Origin: Planctomycetota bacterium
Lineage (GTDB): Bacteria > Planctomycetota > GCA-002687715 > DRQF01
Direction: 5' to 3'
DNA length: 60,116 bases
Assembly: GCA_027001995.1 (NCBI GenBank)
Contig: JALTLO010000200.1
Location: 11,902-72,017, forward strand
Positions 11,368 through 21,767 of the stretch are shown here, in pieces. A model generated the notes under the pieces. It was given only the letters and a program-made list of their open reading frames with translations, ran no database searches and had not been told where the DNA came from. The translations under genes and the position numbers were made by a program. Position 1 is the first letter of the stretch. Each line of letters opens with the position of its first letter.

Positions 11368-13767
11368 ATGAGCATGTCATTTCTGCAAATGTCGAACAAT
11401 CTAATTGATGAAGGCATCCACTTCAAAAGCCTACCACCGAACTACGTGGCTTGGTTCTTGATTCCATTGGCGGTCATCATTTACACCTGGTGGTTCTACA
11501 AAAGGGAAAAACAAGGCAGCAAGAAACTCAGGATATTTCTTGCCGCACTACGAGTCCTATCAATCTTTTTCGTTATCGCACTGCTTTTCGATCCTCATCG
11601 TCAATTTCGCCGCATTGAAGAGATTCGCTCAATGGTGACGATCTTGGTGGACGAGTCGGCCAGTATGGCTAAGAAAGACAACTACGAACAAGATCCTGAA
11701 GGTGGTCAAAAATTGGCGACTCAGGCCAATCTGTCTTCATCCTCTTCCCTTCGAGACTCAAGCCGCTTGGATCTTGCCAAGAAGATCCTAGGTCCTGATG
11801 GCCTCGACATCATTGCTAAAATCAAAGAAAAGCACGAAGTCAAACTGCGGGGATTCTCTACACCTCGTCCTCACCCCTTGCAAGAGCTATCTGAAGCGAC
11901 CGAAGAAGGGGCAGTCACGGCTATGGGAGACGCCTTGGCTGAGACTTTGGCAGATCCTGACATTCAAATTAAACCGAACACCAGCGTCATCCTCATCAGT
12001 GACGGACGAAGCAATACGGGCACGAATGTTGTTGATCTTGCGACCCATGCTGGGCGCAACGACAAGATCCCAATTCATACAATAACGGTAGGCGACACAA
12101 ACTCAGCTCGTGACTTAGAATTACGCTTCATCCGGGCGGACGAGGTGGTACTCAAGGGTAATACTCTGAATATGGAGCTCACAGTCCGCAATCGTGGATT
12201 CGGTACCCAATGGGTCACAGTGACCATCATCGACCAGAAGTCCATCCAATGGGCTCCCCCACAGCAGAAGAAAATCGAAGACTTGGAAACAGATCAGGTT
12301 ATTTCACTCAACATTCGGGTCGATCGTCCGAAGGGCACATACACTTTGGATGTTCGTATCGCTGGGCCCACGGCAGAAGAGAACAAGAGGAACAACGTCA
12401 AGAAGCACACAGTCACGGTGAAGGATGATCTCCTGCGTGTCCTTTATGTTGATACCCTTCCTCGTTGGGAGTATCGAAGGCTCAAAAACTTCCTTGTCCG
12501 GGGCGATGAGGCATTTCGCGCCAACTGCTTGCTCCTATCGGCCGAAACTGATTTTGTACAAGAATTCACCCCGGCTCCCGGGATGAAGTCGATCCGTGAG
12601 TTCCCCAAGGAATTTGCCGCCTTAGACGAGTACGACGTCCTAATCTTTGGGGACGTAGACCCAAGCCGTCTGGCGTCCACACCCGTGGCCGTCAAGGCCA
12701 TTCTGGAGAACATCCGCAAATTCGTCGACAACGGAGGCGGATTAGCCGTCATTTGTGGCGAAGGATGGACACCACGAGCCTACGCCGATTCCCCACTGGA
12801 CCAATTGCTGCCCGTCGACATAACAGTCGACAGCGATGGAGGTGGTCCGATGAGAAACTACGTTGACGAGTGGAAGCCGAAACTCTCCGCTATCGGCCGC
12901 ACCCACCCCATCATGCAACTGCGATCGGACCCAGAGGAGAATCGTGCTCTCTGGGAGGATCGCAACGAGGGGCTCATGGAACTGCGTTGGTGGTACCCCA
13001 TCAGAAAAGCGTCTCCGGCGGCACAAGTCCTGGCTTATCACCCCAACGAAAGAAATCGGTTTGGCAATTTCCCTCTCTACGTGACTGGCTCCTATGGCGA
13101 TGGCCCGGTGTTCTTTTCGGCAGTGGACGAAACTTGGCGATGGTTTTACATGAAGGGCGCCTTCGATTTCAATCGTTTCTGGGGCAACACTATCCGGTTT
13201 CTCTCCCGAGCACACCTCTATCGTGGAAGTAAACGTTACAAATTGATCTCCGATGCTTCTGAATATCACCAAGGAGAAACTGTTCACCTCACGGCATTCG
13301 CTAAGGATAAGAACTTCGAAAAACAAAGGACGAAAACTCAGCGAGTCATGATCGTTCCACCAGAAGGAAAAGCCAAAGTAGTGGAATTCCCTCTCAAATC
13401 AGATGGAGAATACTTCTGGTCCTTTAAGCCAACAAAAGACGGTCACTATCAAGCATGGATCGTTGGTGATGAAGGTCTTACTGGAAGTCGATACGCCCTC
13501 ATATCCTTCGACGTACGCTACGTTGATCCGGAGCGCCAAGACTCTGCCGTTGACGTCGAAACCATGAAAGAAGTTGCCAGGGCAAGCGGCGGCGCACACT
13601 TCATTCTTGCTGATGCGTCGGAGGTGCTGAATCGCCTCAAGTCAGACACAACGAGACGAAGTTCTATTACCACTGTTCCTTTGAGAGAAAAGCCTTGGTT
13701 ACCACTGATCCTCATTCTCCTGATGACAACGGAATGGCTGATTCGTAAGCGGACAAATATGGCATGA
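11368..13767 (+). CDS. vWA + Ig-like + GATase1-like membrane protein
   Basis: Two N-terminal TMs, MIDAS DESAS, LISDG, VLYVD..PRWEYR.LKN, YDVLIFGDV, FVDNGGG, ETWRW, C-terminal TM ending EWLIRKR. Confidence 0.85.
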   Translation: MSMSFLQMSNNLIDEGIHFKSLPPNYVAWFLIPLAVIIYTWWFYKREKQGSKKLRIFLAALRVLSIFFVIALLFDPHRQFRRIEEIRSMVTILVDESASMAKKDNYEQDPEGGQKLATQANLSSSSSLRDSSRLDLAKKILGPDGLDIIAKIKEKHEVKLRGFSTPRPHPLQELSEATEEGAVTAMGDALAETLADPDIQIKPNTSVILISDGRSNTGTNVVDLATHAGRNDKIPIHTITVGDTNSARDLELRFIRADEVVLKGNTLNMELTVRNRGFGTQWVTVTIIDQKSIQWAPPQQKKIEDLETDQVISLNIRVDRPKGTYTLDVRIAGPTAEENKRNNVKKHTVTVKDDLLRVLYVDTLPRWEYRRLKNFLVRGDEAFRANCLLLSAETDFVQEFTPAPGMKSIREFPKEFAALDEYDVLIFGDVDPSRLASTPVAVKAILENIRKFVDNGGGLAVICGEGWTPRAYADSPLDQLLPVDITVDSDGGGPMRNYVDEWKPKLSAIGRTHPIMQLRSDPEENRALWEDRNEGLMELRWWYPIRKASPAAQVLAYHPNERNRFGNFPLYVTGSYGDGPVFFSAVDETWRWFYMKGAFDFNRFWGNTIRFLSRAHLYRGSKRYKLISDASEYHQGETVHLTAFAKDKNFEKQRTKTQRVMIVPPEGKAKVVEFPLKSDGEYFWSFKPTKDGHYQAWIVGDEGLTGSRYALISFDVRYVDPERQDSAVDVETMKEVARASGGAHFILADASEVLNRLKSDTTRRSSITTVPLREKPWLPLILILLMTTEWLIRKRTNMA

Positions 13768-16700
13768 AGAAATCTCCTATTTTACTGCTCGTTGCGATCT
13801 CTTGGGTCTGTTTCCTGGTGGAAGTGTCCCAAGGCCAGATCTTCCGTGGCCGCCCCAGAACAGAGTACTTTCGCAGCAAGGTACAAATCGCCGGGAGCCG
13901 CCTTGCAGTTCAAGATCTTGACAAAGCCAAGAAAGATATCGCCAACAAGGAATATGCCACCGCCGTCAGGCTTATTCAGAAAACGATCGACAAGTTTGGT
14001 GATCGGGCCATTAAGATAGAGGAAGGTCGCTATGTCGGAATTCACGACTTCTGCAATCGCCTCCTGGAGAGCCTGCCACCAGAAGGAAAAAGAACTTACC
14101 TACAGATCTACGATAGTTACGCGAAGATTCTTTACCACCACGGAATCAAGGAGCAGGACACAGAAAAACTTCGGGAAACCTACTTCCGCTACCGCAATAC
14201 GTCTTACGGCAAGCCTGCTCTTGCTGCGGCGATCTCCATTGAGTTCGAAAACGGAAACTTAGAAACAACAAGAGAACTGGCTCTCTTATTTCGTTCGCTC
14301 TATGGCGACGCGCCATCGAACTTGGGCCCCATATCAGCTTTGGTGATGGCCACGGCATTTTTGAATCAAAGAGAAAACTTGTCGAGCCTCAAGAAGGAGC
14401 TATCACCAGCCCTGCTCAAGAAAGGACTCATTTTCGGAGCCAAGTCCGTCACCCTGGCCACTCTGATCGAAGAAGAACTAAGGCGAATCAACCGGATTTC
14501 GGCTGTGAACAGGCTCAAGGCACCTCGAGCACAGTTTTTCAAAACTGAGCAATGGCTTCACGAACTGCCAATGCTCCCTCGCAGCCGCTCGACTCCCGCA
14601 CGCTGCGATGACTTCGGAGAATTCCCATCACCCAGTCAATTTCCATGGAATCCTGTCAATCCCATTGTCGACGAAAGCTCAGTCTACCTGAGTAACGGCA
14701 TCTTCGTACAAGCTTTGGAGCTGTTTTCCAATGCTGAGAAATGGAGATTTCGAGGTTGGGCCCAAAGTAGCCAAGCACGGCAAAATCGTGGTTTGGTCAT
14801 ACCCCTGACCCTGAGCAACAACACCATCTACGCCTCCTTAGAGACCCCTCTACGCCCGGAAAGACGAATCTGGACTTTCGTTCCGCAACAGCAGATTTCC
14901 CACCGTCAATTGGTCGCTTTGGATGCCTCAACGGGCAAAGTTCTTTGGCAACACTACCGATGGCGCGGAAAGACACGGGCTGAAACAGAGTTCATAGCAA
15001 AACTGAACATCAACAGTGATCCTCTCATCATTGGTGACCGCCTTTTCGTCTCCGCATCCAAGTTCCATACCAGTTACCATCAATACCTTTGCTGTTTTGA
15101 TCGCAATACCGGCGAACTCAGATGGTCGACCTTCATCTCCACCGGGCAAATGGAACAGAATATGTTCGGCAACCGGGTGCGTGAAGCTGTTTGTGGACAA
15201 CTAGCAGAAAAGGACGGCCAAATCTACCTGGCCACAAACATCGGCGTAGTCGCTGTCATTGACGCACGTTTGGGAACACTCAAGCACACCGCCACCTACG
15301 AACAAATCAGGATTCCACGGCAAACGAGATTCGATCCGAGTATCCAAGAGCGGGCCCCCGCATGGGTGAACAGCCACCCCATCATCGTTGGCGACCAAGT
15401 GTTCTTCGCACCCATGGATTCTCATGAAGTCCTTGTGATGAATCGTCACAGCGGGGTGCTCAGGAAAACGGGAATCAAAAGGACACGGTTCAATCGATAT
15501 CGTTATCTTATTGGCCCCTCTGGACCCTGGATCATTGCCGCAGGAACACGATTGTGTTTCTACAACACCGAAACCAACGCCAAATTCGAACCGACCTACG
15601 TCTTCTCCAGCGCCAGGCGCGGACAGTCGACCCGATCTGCAGGCATCATTGCCAAGCCGATCATTTTGGATGGCAAACTCATTGCCCCGGTGAATTATCG
15701 GGGAACAGAAAAGATTCTCATTTGGTCTATTGCGGATCAAAGAGTCATTGATGAAGTTACGTTTAATCAAAGCCGCAAGGGCTACTACTTAGGCAATCTG
15801 GCCCAAAAAGACGGTGTTTTTGTCACCGCAGCCACAACCACGAATGACAGAACAACAAAGGTTCGCTGCTACTTCAGCCGCCCCAAAGTTCGTGCCATGC
15901 TTATGGGAGCGATTGCCGCGAACCCACAAGACATCAAGGCGCATTTTCGTTTGGGTGAGTTTGCACTCCAAGGGCGAGAGAAAGACTATTCCGCCGCAAT
16001 CGCCAGTTTTGAATTGGCTTTGAAGCTGGCTGAGAACAGCGTCGCTGCTGATCGACAATGGGCAGCCAAGACGAAAGGAGCCCTATCTCGCCTCTACCTG
16101 GAATTGGCATCTGAGTCCCGACTGGTGCGGGCCAAGACAGGTTTGGATGATTTGACTTGTTACTTGAAAGCCAGCGAGATCGCCACCTCTGCTCTTCAGA
16201 AAGTAGAGATCCTCTTTCTTCTGCTGAGAAGATCTTTCGATCGGCAAGATCGAAAAACATTCGAAGACACCTACGCCCAATTGACGGGAGATTTTGAGTC
16301 AACACCCTATGACTACGAGTTTTTGTTTCGCGGGGAAGTTCCTGAAGCAAAACGGCGCCGCTACCCCAATGCTGGTTTCTTAGCCACTGCGGTTGCAGCA
16401 GCTTTTGAAGAGCAAATGGGAAAACCTCAAGTAGCCATTCGACTCTTGCAAGATTTACTTTCCCGTTGGCCGGAAGACGCGATTGGTTCTTCAACAGCCT
16501 GGGAATATGGCTACGGGCAAATTGAAAGATTGATTACTAAGCATGGACGCTCTGTCTACGCCATCTACGATCGCGAGGCTAAGCGACTTTTGGAAATGAG
16601 TCGGTCAAAGGGAGATATTCGTCCCTTACGTAAACTCGTGGAGCGCTATCCCAATGCTGAAACCATTTCCCAGGCCTACAGTGAAATATCGAAGCATCAA

Positions 16701-18212
16701 TTCGCCAACAGAGAATACGGCGCGGCAGCCAAAGGCATCCAAGAATTCTTCGCTAAGTTTGGCAAAGTCACGGGTTCTCCCTTAGCTCTCTTAGCCCAGT
16801 CTTTTGAAGCCTTAGGTCGGCCTCAAAGTGCAATGGACGCCTGGGGCCGCTTGGCAAAACTTGGCCCTCATGAGGTGGACGACCCCTCACTCATAGCCCA
16901 CGCCCAAGAAAAGCTAGATGGCTTGGGGTTGAGGAATAGGATCCGCCCTCTCCCCCTTCAATCTTTTGGTTTGAATGCCAACCTTGTTTGGCAAGAAGGC
17001 TTGGCGAATGGCACAGATTCATGGAAGTTGGTTAAAGGACGAGGTCGTCGGACCGGTGATGAAGAGAACATTGTTCTCGCCCAAATGAATCGAAAATTAT
17101 TGGCATTCGATCTCCAAGACGGCAAGAAGATTTGGAGTATCGATGCCCACGCTCGCATCTCCGAAGGAGACGTATTCTGGTACGATGGCCTGCTTATCAT
17201 CAATGTCGACGATGGCATCATTGGTCTCGATCCCCATACCGGCGATGAGCTATGGAGGCATCCGGCGGAAGAACTCGAAATCACGGGGTTGGCCGCTGGC
17301 CAGGGTAAGGTCTATGTCACCTTTGAAATCAGTGGCTTCGCCGTCAACTTTCGGCTTCGTGCCCTGAGCATTGAGGACGGCAGCGTGATTGCCCAGAGAA
17401 TCATGGATGGTGTGACGCGGTCGGAGGGAATTCAGTGTGGCCAACGTTGGATCATGATTCCTCTAGAAAGTCGTTTGACTTGCATGGTTTTGGATGGATT
17501 CACTTTAGAGAACTCACCGGCCTGGCCTGAAGGTGCTGACTACGACGATGGTTGCACTCCGATTTTAGCAGCAGATGATTGTCTCATTAGCATACCGAAC
17601 GCTCAGCGAAGTAGCTCTCGGGAACTGACATCTCGTGACCCCGCCACTGGGAGAACGAAATGGCGCCGTAAAATTGGCGCATCCCGAGTGAGGTTTTACC
17701 AAGGCACCCCCTGGCATACGATCTACAAACTAGACGGTCAGGGTAGGAAAGCCCCCAAAATCCTCCTGGTCATCGACAACCTAAGTGGCACTGCCCTAAC
17801 CAAACAGAAATTAGGTCGGTTCACCTCAATTTTCGGCTCTCCCCAAGTGGCAGGAACAAGCCTGTTCACCATCAAATTACAGTTGTCCGGTCGTCGCAGT
17901 GCTTACAATCTCGAAGAATCCGCCATGAAAACGAATTCGATCCGATGGCGTTCAACCAACTTCACCGGCAACAGGCTCCTTGCTTCCTTCCCATTTCAAC
18001 AAGGGGTCGTTCTTCGCGTGGTCGAACATCGCCGGGGAACACGCGCAACGCGAAAAGCGACAACCCTCTATTTAGTCGACAGGGAAAGCGGCAAAATAGA
18101 ATCTGAGATCAGATTGAGCTCACGGCGGTCCAACCACGTTCCCGAAGTGCAACTATTAAATGGCCACTTGGTCGTCAGTGATGGGCCCGTATTGAAGGTG
18201 TTTAAGCCATGA
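13764..18212 (+). CDS. large secreted protein with TPR regions and two PQQ-like beta-propeller regions
   Basis: Signal peptide; blades DASTGKVLW, DRNTGELRW, DLQDGKKIW, DPHTGDELW, DPATGRTKW; central TPR-like helices (NPQDIKAHFRLGE, RYPNAE); ATGA overlaps with both neighbours. Confidence 0.8.
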   Translation: MKKSPILLLVAISWVCFLVEVSQGQIFRGRPRTEYFRSKVQIAGSRLAVQDLDKAKKDIANKEYATAVRLIQKTIDKFGDRAIKIEEGRYVGIHDFCNRLLESLPPEGKRTYLQIYDSYAKILYHHGIKEQDTEKLRETYFRYRNTSYGKPALAAAISIEFENGNLETTRELALLFRSLYGDAPSNLGPISALVMATAFLNQRENLSSLKKELSPALLKKGLIFGAKSVTLATLIEEELRRINRISAVNRLKAPRAQFFKTEQWLHELPMLPRSRSTPARCDDFGEFPSPSQFPWNPVNPIVDESSVYLSNGIFVQALELFSNAEKWRFRGWAQSSQARQNRGLVIPLTLSNNTIYASLETPLRPERRIWTFVPQQQISHRQLVALDASTGKVLWQHYRWRGKTRAETEFIAKLNINSDPLIIGDRLFVSASKFHTSYHQYLCCFDRNTGELRWSTFISTGQMEQNMFGNRVREAVCGQLAEKDGQIYLATNIGVVAVIDARLGTLKHTATYEQIRIPRQTRFDPSIQERAPAWVNSHPIIVGDQVFFAPMDSHEVLVMNRHSGVLRKTGIKRTRFNRYRYLIGPSGPWIIAAGTRLCFYNTETNAKFEPTYVFSSARRGQSTRSAGIIAKPIILDGKLIAPVNYRGTEKILIWSIADQRVIDEVTFNQSRKGYYLGNLAQKDGVFVTAATTTNDRTTKVRCYFSRPKVRAMLMGAIAANPQDIKAHFRLGEFALQGREKDYSAAIASFELALKLAENSVAADRQWAAKTKGALSRLYLELASESRLVRAKTGLDDLTCYLKASEIATSALQKVEILFLLLRRSFDRQDRKTFEDTYAQLTGDFESTPYDYEFLFRGEVPEAKRRRYPNAGFLATAVAAAFEEQMGKPQVAIRLLQDLLSRWPEDAIGSSTAWEYGYGQIERLITKHGRSVYAIYDREAKRLLEMSRSKGDIRPLRKLVERYPNAETISQAYSEISKHQFANREYGAAAKGIQEFFAKFGKVTGSPLALLAQSFEALGRPQSAMDAWGRLAKLGPHEVDDPSLIAHAQEKLDGLGLRNRIRPLPLQSFGLNANLVWQEGLANGTDSWKLVKGRGRRTGDEENIVLAQMNRKLLAFDLQDGKKIWSIDAHARISEGDVFWYDGLLIINVDDGIIGLDPHTGDELWRHPAEELEITGLAAGQGKVYVTFEISGFAVNFRLRALSIEDGSVIAQRIMDGVTRSEGIQCGQRWIMIPLESRLTCMVLDGFTLENSPAWPEGADYDDGCTPILAADDCLISIPNAQRSSSRELTSRDPATGRTKWRRKIGASRVRFYQGTPWHTIYKLDGQGRKAPKILLVIDNLSGTALTKQKLGRFTSIFGSPQVAGTSLFTIKLQLSGRRSAYNLEESAMKTNSIRWRSTNFTGNRLLASFPFQQGVVLRVVEHRRGTRATRKATTLYLVDRESGKIESEIRLSSRRSNHVPEVQLLNGHLVVSDGPVLKVFKP

Positions 18213-19375
18213 AGAAAATGAAGGCCGTTGTCAGTTCTCTCTGCTTGGTGTTGGTGCTGGTGCTCACAGCGTCAGTGGATAGACCGAGCAAGGATTTACC
18301 TCCGAGAGCCACAGGGGCTGCTATCTCGGGCATCACCACAGTCTTGGGGAATCAAGAAAGAGATCCCCAAGTTCAGGACGGCATCGCACGGGCTCTTTCC
18401 TATCTGGCTGAGCATCAAGATGGCGCCAGTGGCGGATGGCTTCAAGACGTAGGGTTCAAGTTCAACGATCGTTATGAGCTTACAGAGGCCAACAAGCCCC
18501 ATGTAGGCGTCACAGCCCTTGCGCTCATGGCTTTTTTGTCCGGAGGGCATCTCCCAGGCCGTGGTAAGTATGGGCATGTGGTGGAACGGGGTTTGGAATT
18601 CGTGCTTTCTTGCGTTGACGAAGACACCGGCTTCATTTCGGCCCATGAGACACGCATGTACAGTCACGCTTTTGCCTCTCTGTTTCTCGCCGAAATCTAC
18701 GGCATGACACGCCAGCCTGATCTTCAAGCAAAACTTCAACACGCCATCGATCTGACGGTTGAAACACAAAACGCCCAAGGGGCTTGGCGCTATCGCCCCT
18801 ATGCACCTGATTCTGATATGTCCATTGCCGTCTGTCAATTGATGGCACTAAGAGCCGCTAGAAACGTTGGCATTCAAGTGCCACGTTCGACGATCTCTCA
18901 CGCCTATGATTACATTCGTCGTTCGGCCCATACAAGTGGACTGAAGAAAGGCGCATTTCGCTATCAGATTGACCAACAACAAACGCGGGTCAGTTTCGCC
19001 CTTGCTTCTGCTGGTTTAGCCTCCCTTATTCACGCTGGCTATTATGACGATGACCTTCTTAAGCCAGGAATCCGTTGGCTCAAGCGTCGAATCACGAGCC
19101 TCAAGTCAAGAGCTCAAGAGAAATATCCTTCCTATTTCTACTGGTATGGACACTACTATGCGGCACAGGTCATGTTCATCGCCAGTGACAACCAAAAACA
19201 TGTAGGTGTTTGGGAAGATTTCTATTGGCCAAGAATGAGAAACGAACTTCTGAGCAACCAACAAGCCAACGGTTCCTGGCGCAACGACCCTGGTCCTGGA
19301 GATATTTTCGGAACTGCAGTGGGCGCCATTATCTTACAAATTCCACACCGCTATTTGCCCATCTTTCAACGCTGA
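18209..19375 (+). CDS. secreted prenyltransferase/squalene-oxidase-repeat (alpha/alpha toroid) protein
   Basis: Signal peptide; QW-like repeats QDGASGGW, QNAQGAW, QQANGSW; RMYSH, DMSIAVC; C-terminus LQIP..YLPIFQR. Confidence 0.85.
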   Translation: MKKMKAVVSSLCLVLVLVLTASVDRPSKDLPPRATGAAISGITTVLGNQERDPQVQDGIARALSYLAEHQDGASGGWLQDVGFKFNDRYELTEANKPHVGVTALALMAFLSGGHLPGRGKYGHVVERGLEFVLSCVDEDTGFISAHETRMYSHAFASLFLAEIYGMTRQPDLQAKLQHAIDLTVETQNAQGAWRYRPYAPDSDMSIAVCQLMALRAARNVGIQVPRSTISHAYDYIRRSAHTSGLKKGAFRYQIDQQQTRVSFALASAGLASLIHAGYYDDDLLKPGIRWLKRRITSLKSRAQEKYPSYFYWYGHYYAAQVMFIASDNQKHVGVWEDFYWPRMRNELLSNQQANGSWRNDPGPGDIFGTAVGAIILQIPHRYLPIFQR

Positions 19376-19393
19376 TTCGAGAACAACCAAAAA

Positions 19394-21706
19394 ATGGAAA
19401 CAAATCCTCTTATCACCAAGCTTGCACAAGTGCGCAGTCGAATTCGGCTGCTACTTGTGGCTAACTCTTTATGCCTGTTCTTGGTCTCAGCCTGTCTGGT
19501 CATCACGGCTTCCTTTGTCCTCGATTGGCTTTTCCACTTGCCATGGGGTGCCCGAGCCACCGTCCTCTTGGCCATGATCTTTGTCATGGTACGGGGGGCC
19601 TATCTTTCCTTGATACGGCCATTTAGCTTAAGACTCAGTGACGACGCCGTGGCCCTTCACGTTCAGTCCAAGAACCCAAATTTCGATGACGGTCTCATTT
19701 CCGCGATTCAATTGGCTCGTGAATTGGAGGATGGTGCGACATCAGAGTCTAAATCCATGATTGCCGCGACGGTAGCGCAAGCAAATGAGAGATACTTGCC
19801 TTTGGATTTTCGCAATTCCGTGACCGCAAGACCTCTGCTCCGCCCCGCCATGTTAGCTCTTGTCTTGGCTCTCTCCGTCCTGAGCTATGGTGTGGCTCTT
19901 CCCCAGCACGCACGATTGTGGTTCAACCGTTGCCTTCTTCTGGGCGATGAAATCTGGCCCGCAGACACAGTGCTTGACGTAAGAATCGTGAACCTAAATC
20001 AATACCGCTACGAAGTAAATGAAGAAGGTGACTATGAAGTTTGGGTCCCTGAAGGTTCAATTCTGATCATTGAAGCTCAAGCCAAAGGCATCGTTCCGAA
20101 TGCGGTGAAACTGCATAAATACCCTAATCCACGGATCGATGAAGACCGCGCTATCACCATCGAAATTGCGAGGCGTCTTGACAGCGACATTTTTGAGCAC
20201 CGCTTCGGGAGGGTTCGTGAATCTTTTGAATTCTACCTGGAAGGCGGAGACGATAACGACGAACATCCTTACTTCACGGTTCATGTACGAACGGCACCCA
20301 AAGTCGAAGAACTCTTAGTTAACTACGACTATCCCGCATACATCAATGCAGTGGGAAAGGAAGATCGCAAGGACGTAAGGGAGTACAATATTGTCGGCCC
20401 CAAAGGCACCAACATTGAGATGTATTTCAAGACTTCTAACGAGGTTTCGAGATTCGAAATCATCGTCGATGAAGACGTTGAGCATCCCTTGGTGCTGCAA
20501 TCCGCTGACGAGGGTGGGCGTGTTTTTCTTTGGAAGTACCTCTTAGAAGCTGATCATTTTTACACCTATCAGTTGATTGGGGCAAATGGGACTCCGAGCA
20601 CCAGCGCCCCCAACTTCAACATCAGTGCCCAACCAGACGTCGCTCCTGACATCGCGATTGAACGTCCAGACACGTCCACCGTTGACGTGACTCCCATAGC
20701 ACTTCTCCCCCTAAAATTTAGAGTCGTCGATGACTACCAAGTTGGGGAAATCGCAATGAATTGGGACGGAAGCAGAGGAGGACTTTTCGCTGGCGGCAAA
20801 AGATTCGCCGCCGATGAAAAGAGAATAGAATCGGACCAGCGAGAAGTGTCAGTGTTCTCCCCCATCGAAGTGGACCAATTCAAGATAACGAGGGAAGGGG
20901 CTCTTTCTCCCGTACAAGTTGGTGATCGGCTATTCTTGAAATTGACAGCGACCGACACCCGCTCGACTATACTCGATGGTGGACCCAATTCGACGGTTTA
21001 CCCTAGCCTGATCGTTCTGAACATTCGAGAGGCAGGGGAGATCCAAAGAGACCTCACCCGAAGCCAAATCAGGATCAAGGGTCAGCTCACTCGAATCGAA
21101 GAGAGCTTGGCCACAAAACAAGACGAATTAGAACTCTTGGTCGCCAACTATGAGAGCCTCGATCAAAGAAAAATAGAAGACGAAATCCAAGGATTCATCT
21201 CTTCCCATGCTCTCTTAACGTCGGGATTGAATGAGTCCTGCCGTGGTTTCCTTCGCATTTTTGATGGCTACCTCTTCAATCGTATTGACAACTCGAATCT
21301 GACAGCTGCCCTCATCTCAGAGATCTGTGGAATTCACCGCCGCCAAGAAGGCTCACACATGGAGTTTGTGGCAGAAGTCCTTCCCAAGCAGCGTGCTCTG
21401 ATCAACGACAGCGAACCCATGGGTAAACTAGCCTTGCTCATGGATCTCTTGCTTCAAACAGCAAAAGAGCAAACGTCCGCTTTGAACGTTTCTTTGAGAT
21501 TAGGGTTCGATGAAGCCAACAAAGACAAACGGTGGGATCACCTAAAGGCGTCTAAACTCCTTCAACAAAAACTTTTAGAGCGAATCCGAGTGATTTTGGA
21601 CAAAATGGCGGATTGGGAAGATTTCCAAGACGTTATCCAGAGTTTGAAAGATATTATCGAATTAGAGAAAGGCTTGCAGAATCGAATCAAAAAGATTGCC
21701 AAGTAA
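19394..21706 (+). CDS. DUF4175-like membrane protein (3 TM + Ig-like domains + helical tail)
   Basis: Two N-terminal TMs, 'DDAVALHVQ..NP.F.DGLISAIQL' motif, third TM, 'YDYPAY', 'D..P.I....P', 'VVDDYQV', 'A.D' beta modules, coiled-coil C-terminus. Confidence 0.7.
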   Translation: METNPLITKLAQVRSRIRLLLVANSLCLFLVSACLVITASFVLDWLFHLPWGARATVLLAMIFVMVRGAYLSLIRPFSLRLSDDAVALHVQSKNPNFDDGLISAIQLARELEDGATSESKSMIAATVAQANERYLPLDFRNSVTARPLLRPAMLALVLALSVLSYGVALPQHARLWFNRCLLLGDEIWPADTVLDVRIVNLNQYRYEVNEEGDYEVWVPEGSILIIEAQAKGIVPNAVKLHKYPNPRIDEDRAITIEIARRLDSDIFEHRFGRVRESFEFYLEGGDDNDEHPYFTVHVRTAPKVEELLVNYDYPAYINAVGKEDRKDVREYNIVGPKGTNIEMYFKTSNEVSRFEIIVDEDVEHPLVLQSADEGGRVFLWKYLLEADHFYTYQLIGANGTPSTSAPNFNISAQPDVAPDIAIERPDTSTVDVTPIALLPLKFRVVDDYQVGEIAMNWDGSRGGLFAGGKRFAADEKRIESDQREVSVFSPIEVDQFKITREGALSPVQVGDRLFLKLTATDTRSTILDGGPNSTVYPSLIVLNIREAGEIQRDLTRSQIRIKGQLTRIEESLATKQDELELLVANYESLDQRKIEDEIQGFISSHALLTSGLNESCRGFLRIFDGYLFNRIDNSNLTAALISEICGIHRRQEGSHMEFVAEVLPKQRALINDSEPMGKLALLMDLLLQTAKEQTSALNVSLRLGFDEANKDKRWDHLKASKLLQQKLLERIRVILDKMADWEDFQDVIQSLKDIIELEKGLQNRIKKIAK

Positions 21707-21767
21707 GCCAGGACTTTGAGCCATCTCGTTCGTTTAGAAGACTGTAAGCACCAGCCCCGGCGGAAAC

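Noticed and set aside
5067..18212. PQQ-dependent dehydrogenases or true BamB
   Set aside because: Only generic propeller blades fused to TPR-like regions; no quinoprotein catalytic signatures recognised, no pqq or bam context.
7089..18212. MoxR-vWA ternary conflict (anti-phage) system
   Set aside because: Components are exported or membrane-bound Bat-type with DUF58; no effector nuclease, peptidase or STAND domains recognised, and composition looks native.
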